In this document: positions 38,200 to 47,830 of the stretch, in pieces | Position numbering within the stretch: position 1 is the first letter of the stretch | How the letters are laid out: each line of letters begins with the position of its first letter | Assembly: GCA_965215365.1 (NCBI GenBank) | Contig: CBDCDS010000003.1 | Coordinates: 2,240,001 to 2,304,000, forward strand | DNA: 64,000 bases | From: Gammaproteobacteria bacterium | GTDB lineage: Bacteria > Pseudomonadota > Gammaproteobacteria > Eutrophobiales > Eutrophobiaceae | Reading direction: 5' to 3' | Notes under the pieces: model-generated | Told to the model about the DNA's origin: nothing | The model's database searches: none | The model's input: the letters and a program-made list of their open reading frames with translations, nothing else | Made by a program: the position numbers and the translations under genes

Positions 38200-40389
38200 G
38201 TGCCTCGAAAACCAGCCGCAACGCCACGCGCGCGGCGTGTGGTCACCCCCCTGCGGTTGCAAACGCATACGACCGAATGCGGCGCTGCCTGCATCAGCAG
38301 CGTGTTGGCTTTTTTCGGCTACAATGCGCCGCTCAGCGAGCTGCGCGAACACTGTGAAGTAAACCGTGACGGCTCCTCGGCCGCAGCCCTGATGCGGGCC
38401 GCCAGGCACTACGGTCTTGATTGCAAGGGGCGCCTGACACAGGCGTCGGACTTTTGGAAGCTGCCACTGCCGCTGATCCTGTTCTGGGAGTTCAATCATT
38501 TCCTCATTCTGGAAGGTCTTGACCAGAATCAGGTGTACCTCAACGATCCGGCCTCGGGCCGGCGCAAGTTGTCCTGGGCCGAATTCAACCAGAGCTTTTC
38601 CTGGGTTGCGCTACACTTCAAACCCAAGCCGGAATTCCGGCCGGGAGGCGTGCGTCACAGCATGGCACAACGGCTTTCGGTCTGGCTGCAGGGCGCCTGG
38701 GGCGCGCTGGCGTATGCCTTGGCATGTGGCCTGATGCTGGTTGTGCTGGCCCTGGTCACACCGGTGGCGCTGGGACTATTCGTGGATCATATCCATGCCG
38801 GTAATGAATCCTGGGGCGCCTTCCTGGCCGCAGCACTGGCCGCAGCGGCGCTACTGGCGGCGGGGCTGACCTGGCTGCAACAGCGCTGCCTGCTGCGGTT
38901 GTCCACACGCATTTCAATCGTCGCCGGCGATCATGTCGTCACCCGGCTACTGTCTCTGCCGGTGGAATATTTCAACCACCGGATGATTGGCGATCTGGTC
39001 GCCCGCGTCGGGTCTATCGACAGAATTGCCAAGGCGCTGTCGGAACAGTTTGTAGCACTGGTCATCGAAATAGTTATGAGCGTGGTCTTGCTCGCGGTGA
39101 TGCTGGTCTATGACGTGATGCTGGCCGTTACCGTGCTGACGCTGGCGGCGCTGATGCTGGCGCTGATGCAGCTGCTCAGGCGTCGCCGGACTGAGGCCAA
39201 TTATGCCTTGCGACATGAACAGGACCTGCTGCTCGGCATTGGCTCCCTGTTGTTGAATCAGATAGAAAAGCTGCGCATCAAGGGCGAAGACGACAACGCC
39301 TTCTCCCGCTGGGGCGGCCACCAGGCCCGGGAACTGGCAGCGCGCCAGCGCCACGCCGAACTCGGCCTGCTGGACTCTGCCATACCGACGCTGTTCCTGC
39401 TGCTGGTCAACGCGGTGGTGTTGGCGTTGGCGGCAACACAGGTTATTGCCGGCGCCATGACTCTGGGCGCGCTGGTGAGCTTTTATCTCCTGGCCGCCAT
39501 GTTCCTGGAATCTGTGGGACGCTGGGCGGAACTGTCCCGATGGCGCCGGACACTTGAGACCGACATGCAGTGTCTAGATGACATTACGGAAGCGGCGCCA
39601 GACCGGACTCCACAGCGCGTAGGGCGACCGACGGGCGCCATTGCCACCTTAAACGGCCGGCTGCGACTGGCTGGGCGGCTGGAACTGCGCAACCTCAGCT
39701 ACGGCTATAATCGCCAGCGACCGCCATTGGTCAAGGCTTTTAACCTGACCATTGAACCGGGGCAACGCATCGCCGTGGTGGGGCCAAGTGGTTCAGGCAA
39801 ATCGACCCTGGCGCGCCTGGTGGCTGGCGTCTATCAGCCCTGGTCGGGCGAGATCCTGTTCGACGGTTTCCCGCGGCGGGAGATTCCCGACGAGGTCATG
39901 TCCCGCTCACTGGCCATGGTTGACCAGGATGTCATCCTGTTTTCCGGCAGCGTGAGAGATAACATTACCCTGTGGGACAGCGCCGTACCGGATGACGACC
40001 TGATCGCCGCGGCCCGGGACGCCCACATCCACGATGACATCATCAGTCGTGCGCGCGGCTATGCCACGCAGATTACCGAAGACGGGAGTAATTTCAGCGG
40101 CGGCCAGCGCCAGCGGCTGGAAATTGCCCGGGCCTTAGTCAGGAACCCGACGCTGTTGATACTTGATGAGGCCAGCAGCGCGCTGGACACCGTGACTGAA
40201 ATGGGCGTGGAAAATGCCCTGCGGCGGCGCGGCGTGAGTTCCCTCATCATCGCCCACCGGCTGAGTACGGTGCGTGACTGCGACCTGATCATCGTACTCG
40301 ACAAGGGCGAACAAGTGCAGCGCGGCAGCCATGATGAACTGGTGGCAGACAAAGACGGGCTGTATCACCGGTTGCTGCTGGCAGACTAA
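38200..40389 (+). CDS. NHLP family ABC exporter with C39 peptidase/permease/ATPase
   Basis: TPLRLQTHTTECGAAC, FWEFNHF, NDPASG, GPSGSGKS, FSGGQRQRLEIARAL; GTG start with GGGAGG RBS. Confidence 0.93.
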   Translation: MPRKPAATPRARRVVTPLRLQTHTTECGAACISSVLAFFGYNAPLSELREHCEVNRDGSSAAALMRAARHYGLDCKGRLTQASDFWKLPLPLILFWEFNHFLILEGLDQNQVYLNDPASGRRKLSWAEFNQSFSWVALHFKPKPEFRPGGVRHSMAQRLSVWLQGAWGALAYALACGLMLVVLALVTPVALGLFVDHIHAGNESWGAFLAAALAAAALLAAGLTWLQQRCLLRLSTRISIVAGDHVVTRLLSLPVEYFNHRMIGDLVARVGSIDRIAKALSEQFVALVIEIVMSVVLLAVMLVYDVMLAVTVLTLAALMLALMQLLRRRRTEANYALRHEQDLLLGIGSLLLNQIEKLRIKGEDDNAFSRWGGHQARELAARQRHAELGLLDSAIPTLFLLLVNAVVLALAATQVIAGAMTLGALVSFYLLAAMFLESVGRWAELSRWRRTLETDMQCLDDITEAAPDRTPQRVGRPTGAIATLNGRLRLAGRLELRNLSYGYNRQRPPLVKAFNLTIEPGQRIAVVGPSGSGKSTLARLVAGVYQPWSGEILFDGFPRREIPDEVMSRSLAMVDQDVILFSGSVRDNITLWDSAVPDDDLIAAARDAHIHDDIISRARGYATQITEDGSNFSGGQRQRLEIARALVRNPTLLILDEASSALDTVTEMGVENALRRRGVSSLIIAHRLSTVRDCDLIIVLDKGEQVQRGSHDELVADKDGLYHRLLLAD

Positions 40390-40407
40390 CCCGCAGAGCT
40401 CACCAAT

Positions 40408-43311
40408 ATGAACTCGCCACAAACCTGCAAACATGCCATAACAGTCGGTACGCCGGTGCCCTGTGCCGCCAACCTGCCGTTGGACATGGATGATTCGCAA
40501 TCCGTGTGGTTTGTCGAACACGGCGCCATAGACGTGTTTCTGGTCGAGCGCCAGGACGGTATCGATCAAACCGCGCCGCAACACTTGTTACGCGCCGCGG
40601 CCGGCCGCCTGTTGCCCGGCGTCGCTGCGCAACGGCAAGACACCACCCTGGGCCTGATCGCCAAAGGTTTACCCGGCACGGTATTGCGGCGGCTGCCGGT
40701 TTCCGGGCTGGCCGCGTTGGCCGCCGACGAACTGGCGCAACAGGTCGATGCCTGGGTGATGGACTTGTCCGCCGCCTTGTCCCGCGACCTGGTGACCCCC
40801 CCGCGTGCGGACCTGCTCATCGAACCGGCGCCGGCGCCGGCGGCAATGACCGGCCGGCTGTCAACGCGCCGCGACGTAGTCTGGCTGAGGCAACCGCCGC
40901 CGGGCGCGAGTTTGTACATGGAACTGGTGGACCCGGCGCTTGGCGATAGCGCCGACACAAGCGCCATACTGGCGCTGACGCCCCATGTCTGGCTGACCCT
41001 GCTGGAAGCGGCAGAGCTGCCCGTTTACGCGTCCGCAACGCTGGCCGCCGAGCAGCGGCTGTTGCCGGCCCTGGCAGACTTCCACGCCCTAGCGTTCGCG
41101 ACGGCGCGGCTCAACCGCAGTCTGGCGCTCATCGATCAGGCCAATCTGGAACGGGAACGCACGGCCGGGCGGCGTAGCGATGAAGAAGATGCCCGGTGGC
41201 GCCTGTTCAACCTGTACGGCTTGGCGCAACAGCAACCGGACACCGCCCCGGGCGCGGCGCTGTTTGAGGCGCTGAAACTTATCGGCCAGCACGAGGGTAT
41301 CGAATTCGTCTGGCCCGCGCCGCGGCCTGAGGACGCTCCCGACATTGATCTGGAGCAGGTACTGCAGGCCTCCGCCACGCGCCGGCGCCAGGTGCGTCTC
41401 ATGCCTGAGGACAAGTGGTGGACCGGCGACAGCGGCGCGCTGCTGGCGTTCCGCAATGATAACGGCGAGCCGGTGGTATTATTGCCCGGCGACCTCGGTG
41501 GTTACCGGGAAGTCGAGCCGCGCACCCGGCGCCAGGCCCGGGTAACGGCTGCACGCGCAGCCGCGTTGCGGGCGCAGGCCTGGCAGTTCTACCCGGCGCT
41601 GCCGGCCGGGCGCGTTGGCATACGCGAGCTGCTGCAGGTCGCCGGGAAGGGTTTGCCGGCAGCTTTGACACTGTGCACACTGGCCGGATTGGCGGGCGGC
41701 CTGATCATGCTGTTACCGGCCGTGTTGGCAGGCATTATCGCCGACCGGGTTATCCCGGGCGGCGAGCTCAGCGTGTTGTATCTGTCCGCCACCCTACTGG
41801 CCTTGCTGGCGCTGCCGGCGGCGTTGCTGTATGTGCTGCGCGGCAGCGCCCTGATGCGTCTGGAAGGGCGTGCTGCGTCCCGTCTGGAAGCGGCTTTCTG
41901 GGACCGTTTGTTGCGGCTGCCGCCGCATTTTCTGGAACGCTATAACACCGGCGACACCGCGCTGCGCAGCCGCGCCTTCCAGCGTGTGCGCGATGCACTG
42001 CAAGAGACGCTGACCAGCGCCGTGCTGGCGGTGATTTTCCTGTCACCGGCGTTATTGCTCATCTCCTGGTACGACGCCAGACTGGGCGCAGTATGCACAG
42101 CCCTGGCGCTGCTGTCGCTGTTGCTGACGGTGGCATTAGGTTTGAGCCAGCTGCGGCCGCGCGGCCGCGCGCTACGAGTTGCCAGCCACCTCAGCGGCAG
42201 GCTCAACCAGCTCATAAACGGCATTGTCAAACTGCGCGTGACCGGGGCGGAAGGATCTGCGTTCGGGGTGTGGGCGCAACACTACCATGACCAGAAACGC
42301 GCCGAGTTGCGCCACGGCGCCAGAGACGCGCACTTACAAGCTTTCAGCGCGGCGTTGCCATTTCTGGCCGCCGCCGTACTGCTGCTGGCGGCCACCCTGC
42401 CAGGGCCAGCGGCTATTCCGGTCGGGGAGTTTCTGACCGTGTTCATGCTGTTCCTGCTGTTCCAGTCGGCAGTGGCGCGGCTGGGTGCCTCATTCAGTAC
42501 GCTGGCCACCGTCATTACCGCGCTGGACCAGGTGCGGCCATTCCTCGACGAACCCCCGGAACTCAGCGTCGGCGGGGAATCCGCCGGGGAGTTGCGCGGG
42601 GCAATACGGGTTGACCATGTCAGCTTTCGTTATGACTCCGACAGTCCACTGGTGCTCGACGATGTATCAATAGATGCCCGCCCCGGTGAATTCATCGCCA
42701 TTACCGGCGAGTCCGGCTGCGGCAAGAGTACGCTGTTCAAACTTCTGACCGGCTTGGAGCAGCCGGATACCGGTTCGATATACTACGACGGACGCGAGCT
42801 CAGGCGCCTGAATATCAAACAGGTGCGGCGCCAGCTTGGCGTGGTGCCACAGAAAATTCAGTTGCACCCGCTGGACTTGTGGGACAACATCGTCGGCAGC
42901 CATGAACAGGCCAGTGACGAGGACGTCTGGCACGCAGCCGGTCTCGCTTGCGTGGATACCGATATCAAATCCATGCCGATGAAGATGTTGACGACGGTGG
43001 GTCATAACCTCATATCGGGCGGCGAGGCGCAATGTGTGAGCATTGCCCATATACTGCTGCGCAACCCCCGGATTCTGCTGCTCGACGAAGCGACCAACCT
43101 GCTGGACAATGCGCGCCAGACGACCATCATGGAAAACGTGGAGAGGCTGAACACCACCCGGATCGTCATCGCGCACCGGATATCCACCCTGCGGCAAGCC
43201 GACCGCATCTATGTGCTGAAAGACGCCAGGGTCATCCAGACCGGGACTTTTGAGGAGCTATCGGCAATGCCAGGAGCTTTCCGCGACCTGATACAACGAC
43301 AGCTTGTCTGA
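40408..43311 (+). CDS. NHLP family ABC exporter permease/ATPase (second subunit)
   Basis: VWFVEHGAIDVF N-terminal domain, WWTGDSGALLAF, GESGCGKS, ISGGEAQ, LLDEAT. Confidence 0.92.
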   Translation: MNSPQTCKHAITVGTPVPCAANLPLDMDDSQSVWFVEHGAIDVFLVERQDGIDQTAPQHLLRAAAGRLLPGVAAQRQDTTLGLIAKGLPGTVLRRLPVSGLAALAADELAQQVDAWVMDLSAALSRDLVTPPRADLLIEPAPAPAAMTGRLSTRRDVVWLRQPPPGASLYMELVDPALGDSADTSAILALTPHVWLTLLEAAELPVYASATLAAEQRLLPALADFHALAFATARLNRSLALIDQANLERERTAGRRSDEEDARWRLFNLYGLAQQQPDTAPGAALFEALKLIGQHEGIEFVWPAPRPEDAPDIDLEQVLQASATRRRQVRLMPEDKWWTGDSGALLAFRNDNGEPVVLLPGDLGGYREVEPRTRRQARVTAARAAALRAQAWQFYPALPAGRVGIRELLQVAGKGLPAALTLCTLAGLAGGLIMLLPAVLAGIIADRVIPGGELSVLYLSATLLALLALPAALLYVLRGSALMRLEGRAASRLEAAFWDRLLRLPPHFLERYNTGDTALRSRAFQRVRDALQETLTSAVLAVIFLSPALLLISWYDARLGAVCTALALLSLLLTVALGLSQLRPRGRALRVASHLSGRLNQLINGIVKLRVTGAEGSAFGVWAQHYHDQKRAELRHGARDAHLQAFSAALPFLAAAVLLLAATLPGPAAIPVGEFLTVFMLFLLFQSAVARLGASFSTLATVITALDQVRPFLDEPPELSVGGESAGELRGAIRVDHVSFRYDSDSPLVLDDVSIDARPGEFIAITGESGCGKSTLFKLLTGLEQPDTGSIYYDGRELRRLNIKQVRRQLGVVPQKIQLHPLDLWDNIVGSHEQASDEDVWHAAGLACVDTDIKSMPMKMLTTVGHNLISGGEAQCVSIAHILLRNPRILLLDEATNLLDNARQTTIMENVERLNTTRIVIAHRISTLRQADRIYVLKDARVIQTGTFEELSAMPGAFRDLIQRQLV

Positions 43312-43346
43312 AACACAACCGGCCAGCGGGCGAGAAGAGAAATTCC

Positions 43347-43420
43347 CTAACCCGCATATCTCACCAAGTCGCTTGTTGCCTTGTGAAACATAATTGCTCT
43401 CAATAAGTTTACGATAGCTA
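43347..43420. mobile_element. MITE B copy
   Basis: CTAACCCGCATATCTCACCAAGTCGCTTGTTGCCTTGTGAAACAT, near-identical to 24105 onward; right boundary approximate. Confidence 0.75.
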
Positions 43421-43527
43421 CTACCAATGATTTATTGACCGGCCGCGGCGGGCTGGTGAAACTTGCATGGCAAATATGATACGCTGTGCCTTCGATTCTC
43501 CAGCCCAATACAATCAAAACAAGTTAT

Positions 43528-43764
43528 ATGACGATGCAGAAAAATGTGGAAGAGGTACTGGCGCCCTTGGCCGGCGCGGTATGGAAAATTACGGTGGCTG
43601 TTGATGAAGCAGTCGAAGAAGATGATGAAGTGCTTATCATCGAAGCCATGAAGATGGAAACGCCTGTGTTTGCGCCCGGTGACGGTAAAGTGAAGGAGGT
43701 TTACGTCAGTGCAGGCGATCAAGTGGAAGAAGATCAGCCACTACTGTCTATCGAAACGGGATAA
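43528..43764 (+). CDS. Biotin carboxyl carrier protein (stand-alone)
   Basis: APLAGAVWKI, EAMKME biotinylation motif. Confidence 0.9.
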   Translation: MTMQKNVEEVLAPLAGAVWKITVAVDEAVEEDDEVLIIEAMKMETPVFAPGDGKVKEVYVSAGDQVEEDQPLLSIETG

Positions 43765-43765
43765 C

Positions 43766-44923
43766 ATGTTTTTTGAGCTGACCGAAGAGCAGCAACTGGT
43801 GCAAGACACTGCCCGGCGTTTTGCGCTGGAGGACATTGCGCCGACCCTGGAGGAAGAAGAACGCAACCACGAGTTTCGGCTGGAACGGGTGGCGCGCATG
43901 GGCGAGCTTGGTTTTTTCTCCTGCGCGTTACCGGAGACGCTGGGCGGCAACGGCATGGGCTTCCTGGAATCCGCCCTCATGGCGGAACAGGTCGCCCGGG
44001 TATCGGCCTCCTGGCGCCTGCCGTTCAACATGCAGAACCTGGGTCCGGCCTTGTCGGTGGCGCAATTCGGCACGCCAGAGCAACAGCAACAATACATCCC
44101 AGGCTGGATTAACGGGACGAAGATAGGCTTCTTTGCCATGACCGAGCCCGATACCGGTTCGGACGTAGCCAGTATGAAGACCTATGCCATTGACAAGGGC
44201 GACCACTTTGAGCTGCACGGCAACAAGCTGTGGATTTCCAATGCCCATATCGGCGATGCCGGACTGTTGTATGCCTACACCAACCGAAAGCTGGGCAACA
44301 AGGGCATCAGTTGCTTTATCATCGAGCCAAAAACGCTGGAGGGCTGCACCACGCGCCCCATCGAAACCAAGCTGGGGCTGCACTGCTCGCCCACGGGCGA
44401 GTTTGTCTTCGTCGGGGCAAAGATACCCAAAAGTGCCCTGCTCGGCGAGTTGAACGACGGCTTTAAGATGTGCATGTGGCAGCTGGGCAATACCCGCATC
44501 GGTTGTGCTGCCGGCGCCCTAGGCGTGGCTGGCGGCGCGTTGCAACTTGCCATCGACTATGCCAACGAGCGCAAGCAGTTCGGCCAGCCCATCGCCAAAC
44601 ACCAGATGATCCAGGCCCAGCTCGCCGACATGGTGGTGGAACATCAGGCCGCGCAGCTGCTGGTCTATAAGGCGGCCTGGCTCAAAGACCAGGGCACGCC
44701 CAACCAGTACGAGACGTCCGTGGCCAAGCTGGCGGCCTCGGAAGCGGCCGTCCATGCCGCGAACGAGTGCATGAAGATCTTCGGTTCCTACGGTTACTCC
44801 ACCGAATACCCGGCAGAACGATTTTACCGTGACGCCAAGTCCCTGCAGGTGGTGGAAGGCACCTCCAATATCCAGCGAGTGATCATCGCCAGCATGGCCT
44901 GCGGGCACAGTTCCAATCGGTGA
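43766..44923 (+). CDS. Acyl-CoA dehydrogenase
   Basis: FAMTEPDTGSD, KLWISN, ERKQFG, GSYGYSTEYPAERFYRD, VEGTSNI. Confidence 0.93.
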   Translation: MFFELTEEQQLVQDTARRFALEDIAPTLEEEERNHEFRLERVARMGELGFFSCALPETLGGNGMGFLESALMAEQVARVSASWRLPFNMQNLGPALSVAQFGTPEQQQQYIPGWINGTKIGFFAMTEPDTGSDVASMKTYAIDKGDHFELHGNKLWISNAHIGDAGLLYAYTNRKLGNKGISCFIIEPKTLEGCTTRPIETKLGLHCSPTGEFVFVGAKIPKSALLGELNDGFKMCMWQLGNTRIGCAAGALGVAGGALQLAIDYANERKQFGQPIAKHQMIQAQLADMVVEHQAAQLLVYKAAWLKDQGTPNQYETSVAKLAASEAAVHAANECMKIFGSYGYSTEYPAERFYRDAKSLQVVEGTSNIQRVIIASMACGHSSNR

Positions 44924-44945
44924 GGCATCATTTCATCTCCGGCAC

Positions 44946-46259
44946 ATGAAAGTTGCGCTTAAATCCCTGGGTTGTCGCCTGAACGAAGCTGAGCTGGAGC
45001 ATTGGGCGGCGGGGTTCGGGGCGCACGGCCATCAACTGGTCGAGGTCACGGAGCGCGCCGATCTGGTCGTCATCAACACCTGCGCGGTGACCGCTGAGGC
45101 GGCAAAAAAATCCAGACAACTGATCCGGCGCACGCAACGCCATAATGCCACGGCCAAGCTGGTGGTAAGCGGCTGCTACGCCAGTCTGCAACCACGGCAG
45201 GCGGCGCAACTGCCCGGCGTTGACCTAGTGGTGGACAACCTCGACAAGGAGCGTCTGGTTGACATCGTGACCAGCAAATTTGCCGGAGAACTGGCCGTTG
45301 ACACCCTGCCCGCCACTGCCACCGAACCCGGCGCCAATGCCCTGTTTGCGCGCGGGCGCAATCGGGCCTTCATCAAAGTGCAGGATGGTTGCCGGCACAA
45401 ATGCACCTTCTGTATCGTTACCGTCGCCCGCGGCACCGAGCGCAGCCGCCCGACGCCGGCGCTCGTGGATGAGGTTAACCGGGTGCACTCGGACGGCGTG
45501 CTGGAAGTCATTCTCACCGGCGTGCACCTCGGTGGCTACGGGCGCGAGGCAGGTACAGATCTGGCAGGCCTGATCAAAACCCTGCTTGCTGAAACCGATA
45601 TACCAAGAATACGCCTGGGCTCACTGGAACCCTGGAACATACCTGATACTTTCGTCACCTTGTTCGAGAACCCCAGATTGATGCCGCACTTACACCTGCC
45701 CTTGCAGAGCGGCAGCGATACCGTGCTGCGGCGCATGGGCCGGCGCTGCCGGCGGGCGGAGTTTGTGCGTCTGGCGAGAACTCTGAAAGAGCATGTGCCG
45801 AAGCTGAATATTACCACCGACATCATCGCCGGCTTCCCCGGCGAAACCGCGTCGGAATGGCAACAAACCCTGGATTTCTGTCGGGAAAACAGGTTTTCCC
45901 ACATCCACATCTTTCCCTATTCAGCTCGGACCGGCACCCGCGCGGCGACGCTGCCGACCCAGGTGTCAGCAACGACAAAGAAACAGCGCTGCCAGGAATT
46001 ACAGCGTCTGGGACAACGGCTGAAACACGATTATATGCGACAGCACCTAGGACAGCGCTGTGAAGTACTGGTGGAAAACGATGCCGGCAGGATTAACGGC
46101 CAACAGGTGTATTTCGGTTACTCACCGAACTACCTGCGCACCGCCATCCCGCGCTCAGGCAAGGTGCCACGCCCCAACAGTATCATCGAAGTACAACTCA
46201 GAGACTATGCTGAGGACATGGCCACGCTGGTGTCAGCTCAGCTGCATTCCGTAGAATAA
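44946..46259 (+). CDS. mtaB: tRNA t6A37 methylthiotransferase
   Basis: LGCRLNEAE, INTCAVT, KVQDGCRHKCTFC radical SAM motif, FPYSARTGT. Confidence 0.92.
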   Translation: MKVALKSLGCRLNEAELEHWAAGFGAHGHQLVEVTERADLVVINTCAVTAEAAKKSRQLIRRTQRHNATAKLVVSGCYASLQPRQAAQLPGVDLVVDNLDKERLVDIVTSKFAGELAVDTLPATATEPGANALFARGRNRAFIKVQDGCRHKCTFCIVTVARGTERSRPTPALVDEVNRVHSDGVLEVILTGVHLGGYGREAGTDLAGLIKTLLAETDIPRIRLGSLEPWNIPDTFVTLFENPRLMPHLHLPLQSGSDTVLRRMGRRCRRAEFVRLARTLKEHVPKLNITTDIIAGFPGETASEWQQTLDFCRENRFSHIHIFPYSARTGTRAATLPTQVSATTKKQRCQELQRLGQRLKHDYMRQHLGQRCEVLVENDAGRINGQQVYFGYSPNYLRTAIPRSGKVPRPNSIIEVQLRDYAEDMATLVSAQLHSVE

Positions 46260-46315
46260 AGGCCACCTCCATGTTGCATAAGGCAACAAGCGACTAGGTG
46301 AGATATGCGGGTTAG
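46257..46315. mobile_element. Hybrid MITE at the mtaB stop codon
   Basis: TAAAGGCCACCTCC...AAGGCAACAAGCGACTAGGTGAGATATGCGGGTTAG. Confidence 0.75.
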
Positions 46316-46376
46316 GATGGTCCTGATTGGAAAACCCTCGCGCTTGAATAATTTCGGCGCGCGGTATATTCTGGGT

Positions 46377-46411
46377 TTAACCCGCATATCTCACCCAGTG
46401 ATGGGGGTTAG
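46377..46411. mobile_element. Mini MITE B
   Basis: TTAACCCGCATATCTCACC-CAGTGATG-GGGGTTAG. Confidence 0.7.
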
Positions 46412-46492
46412 TTACCATAAGCATAATGCTGCAAAGGCACCGCCGGCTTTTAGAGGTGCCTGTATGATTACCATGATGCAGAGGAAGACTGT

Positions 46493-47632
46493 ATGTCTGT
46501 CAGAAATATGAAAACTTTTATGGGGGCGCTGAGTGCCGTACTGTTACTGGCGCCGCCGCTGGCTTGGGCGGAATACGCGTTGAACCTCACCGAGGGTGTG
46601 ACCCCGCTGAGCCGGAACATCTACGACCTGCACATGACGATATTTTATATCTGTTGTGTGATCGCAGTGATTGTGTTTGGTGTCATGTTCTGGTCCATCT
46701 TCCACCATCGCAAGTCCCGCGGCGCGCAGCCGGCGAAGTTCCACCACAACACCACCATAGAAATAATCTGGACCGCCATCCCCATAGTGATTCTGGTGGT
46801 TATGGCTATTCCCGCTACCAAGTCCCTGGTGTTAATTGAATCCACCGGTGACTCCGACCTGACCATCAAGATCACCGGCCACCAGTGGCGTTGGCAGTAT
46901 GAGTATATTGAGGAGGAGATCGAATTTTTCAGCAGCCTAGATGCCAACAGCAACGAGGCGCGGCAACTCAAGTCCGGCATCGACCCCAGCGAGATAGATA
47001 ATTACCTGTTGGAAGTGGATAATCCGGTGGTGGTACCGGTCGGACAGAAAATCCGCTTTATGACAACGGCCGCAGATGTCATCCACTCCTGGTGGGTGCC
47101 CGACCTGGGCTGGAAACGGGACTCCATTCCTGGCTTTATCAATGAATCTTGGGCAATTATCGAGGAAGAAGGCACCTATCGCGGCCAGTGTGCGGAACTG
47201 TGCGGGCGCGACCATGCGTTCATGCCCATCGTCCTTAAGGCCGTCAGCGAAGATGAATATTACGACTGGGTGGGAGAGATGATGATGGTGGCCATGGAAG
47301 CGGAAGCCGGCGCCGATCGTGAGTGGAGCATGGCCGAGTTAATGGAACGTGGCGAGCAGGTCTATGGCACGTTTTGTGTCGCCTGTCACCAGGTCAACGG
47401 CATGGGTATCCCCGGTGCCTTCAAACCCCTGGTCGGCAGCCCGATCGCCACAGGGCCGGTGGAAGGCCATATCGAGGTCTTGATGAACGGCGTGCCCGGC
47501 ACCGCCATGGCTTCGTTCGGTATGCAGCTGAATGATGTGGACATCGCCGCGGTCATTACCTACGAGCGCAACGCCTGGGGTAACGACATGGGTGACCTGG
47601 TGCAGCCGTCCACGATTGCCGCCATGCGCTAA
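46493..47632 (+). CDS. coxB: Cytochrome c oxidase subunit II with C-terminal cytochrome c domain
   Basis: GHQWRWQY, DVIHSWW, CAELCGRDHAFM CuA site, CVACH; alternative start 46508. Confidence 0.97.
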   Translation: MSVRNMKTFMGALSAVLLLAPPLAWAEYALNLTEGVTPLSRNIYDLHMTIFYICCVIAVIVFGVMFWSIFHHRKSRGAQPAKFHHNTTIEIIWTAIPIVILVVMAIPATKSLVLIESTGDSDLTIKITGHQWRWQYEYIEEEIEFFSSLDANSNEARQLKSGIDPSEIDNYLLEVDNPVVVPVGQKIRFMTTAADVIHSWWVPDLGWKRDSIPGFINESWAIIEEEGTYRGQCAELCGRDHAFMPIVLKAVSEDEYYDWVGEMMMVAMEAEAGADREWSMAELMERGEQVYGTFCVACHQVNGMGIPGAFKPLVGSPIATGPVEGHIEVLMNGVPGTAMASFGMQLNDVDIAAVITYERNAWGNDMGDLVQPSTIAAMR

Positions 47633-47652
47633 CGCGCAGCGCATCCAAGAAC

Positions 47653-47812
47653 ATAAGGTCACCTCTCACAAACACGAGGTGACCGTGCAGCATAAGGATG
47701 TGCTGCCATTTTTAGTCACGTAAGTGACTGAAAATGAAGGAAATGAAAAATCGCATTTTTTCATTTCCGTGTCTAAAAATGCTACGGAGGGCATTTTTAC
47801 AGGTGACCATAA
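47653..47812. mobile_element. MITE A copy inside the cox operon
   Basis: TAAGGTCACCTCTC...TTTTTACAGGTGACCATAA with three internal hairpins. Confidence 0.8.
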
Positions 47813-47830
47813 GAATACGAGGGTAACAGC

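Noticed and set aside
44946-46259. Radical SAM maturase for the RiPP
   Set aside because: Has MtaB methylthiotransferase architecture (housekeeping tRNA modification) and lies outside the repeat-bounded cluster.
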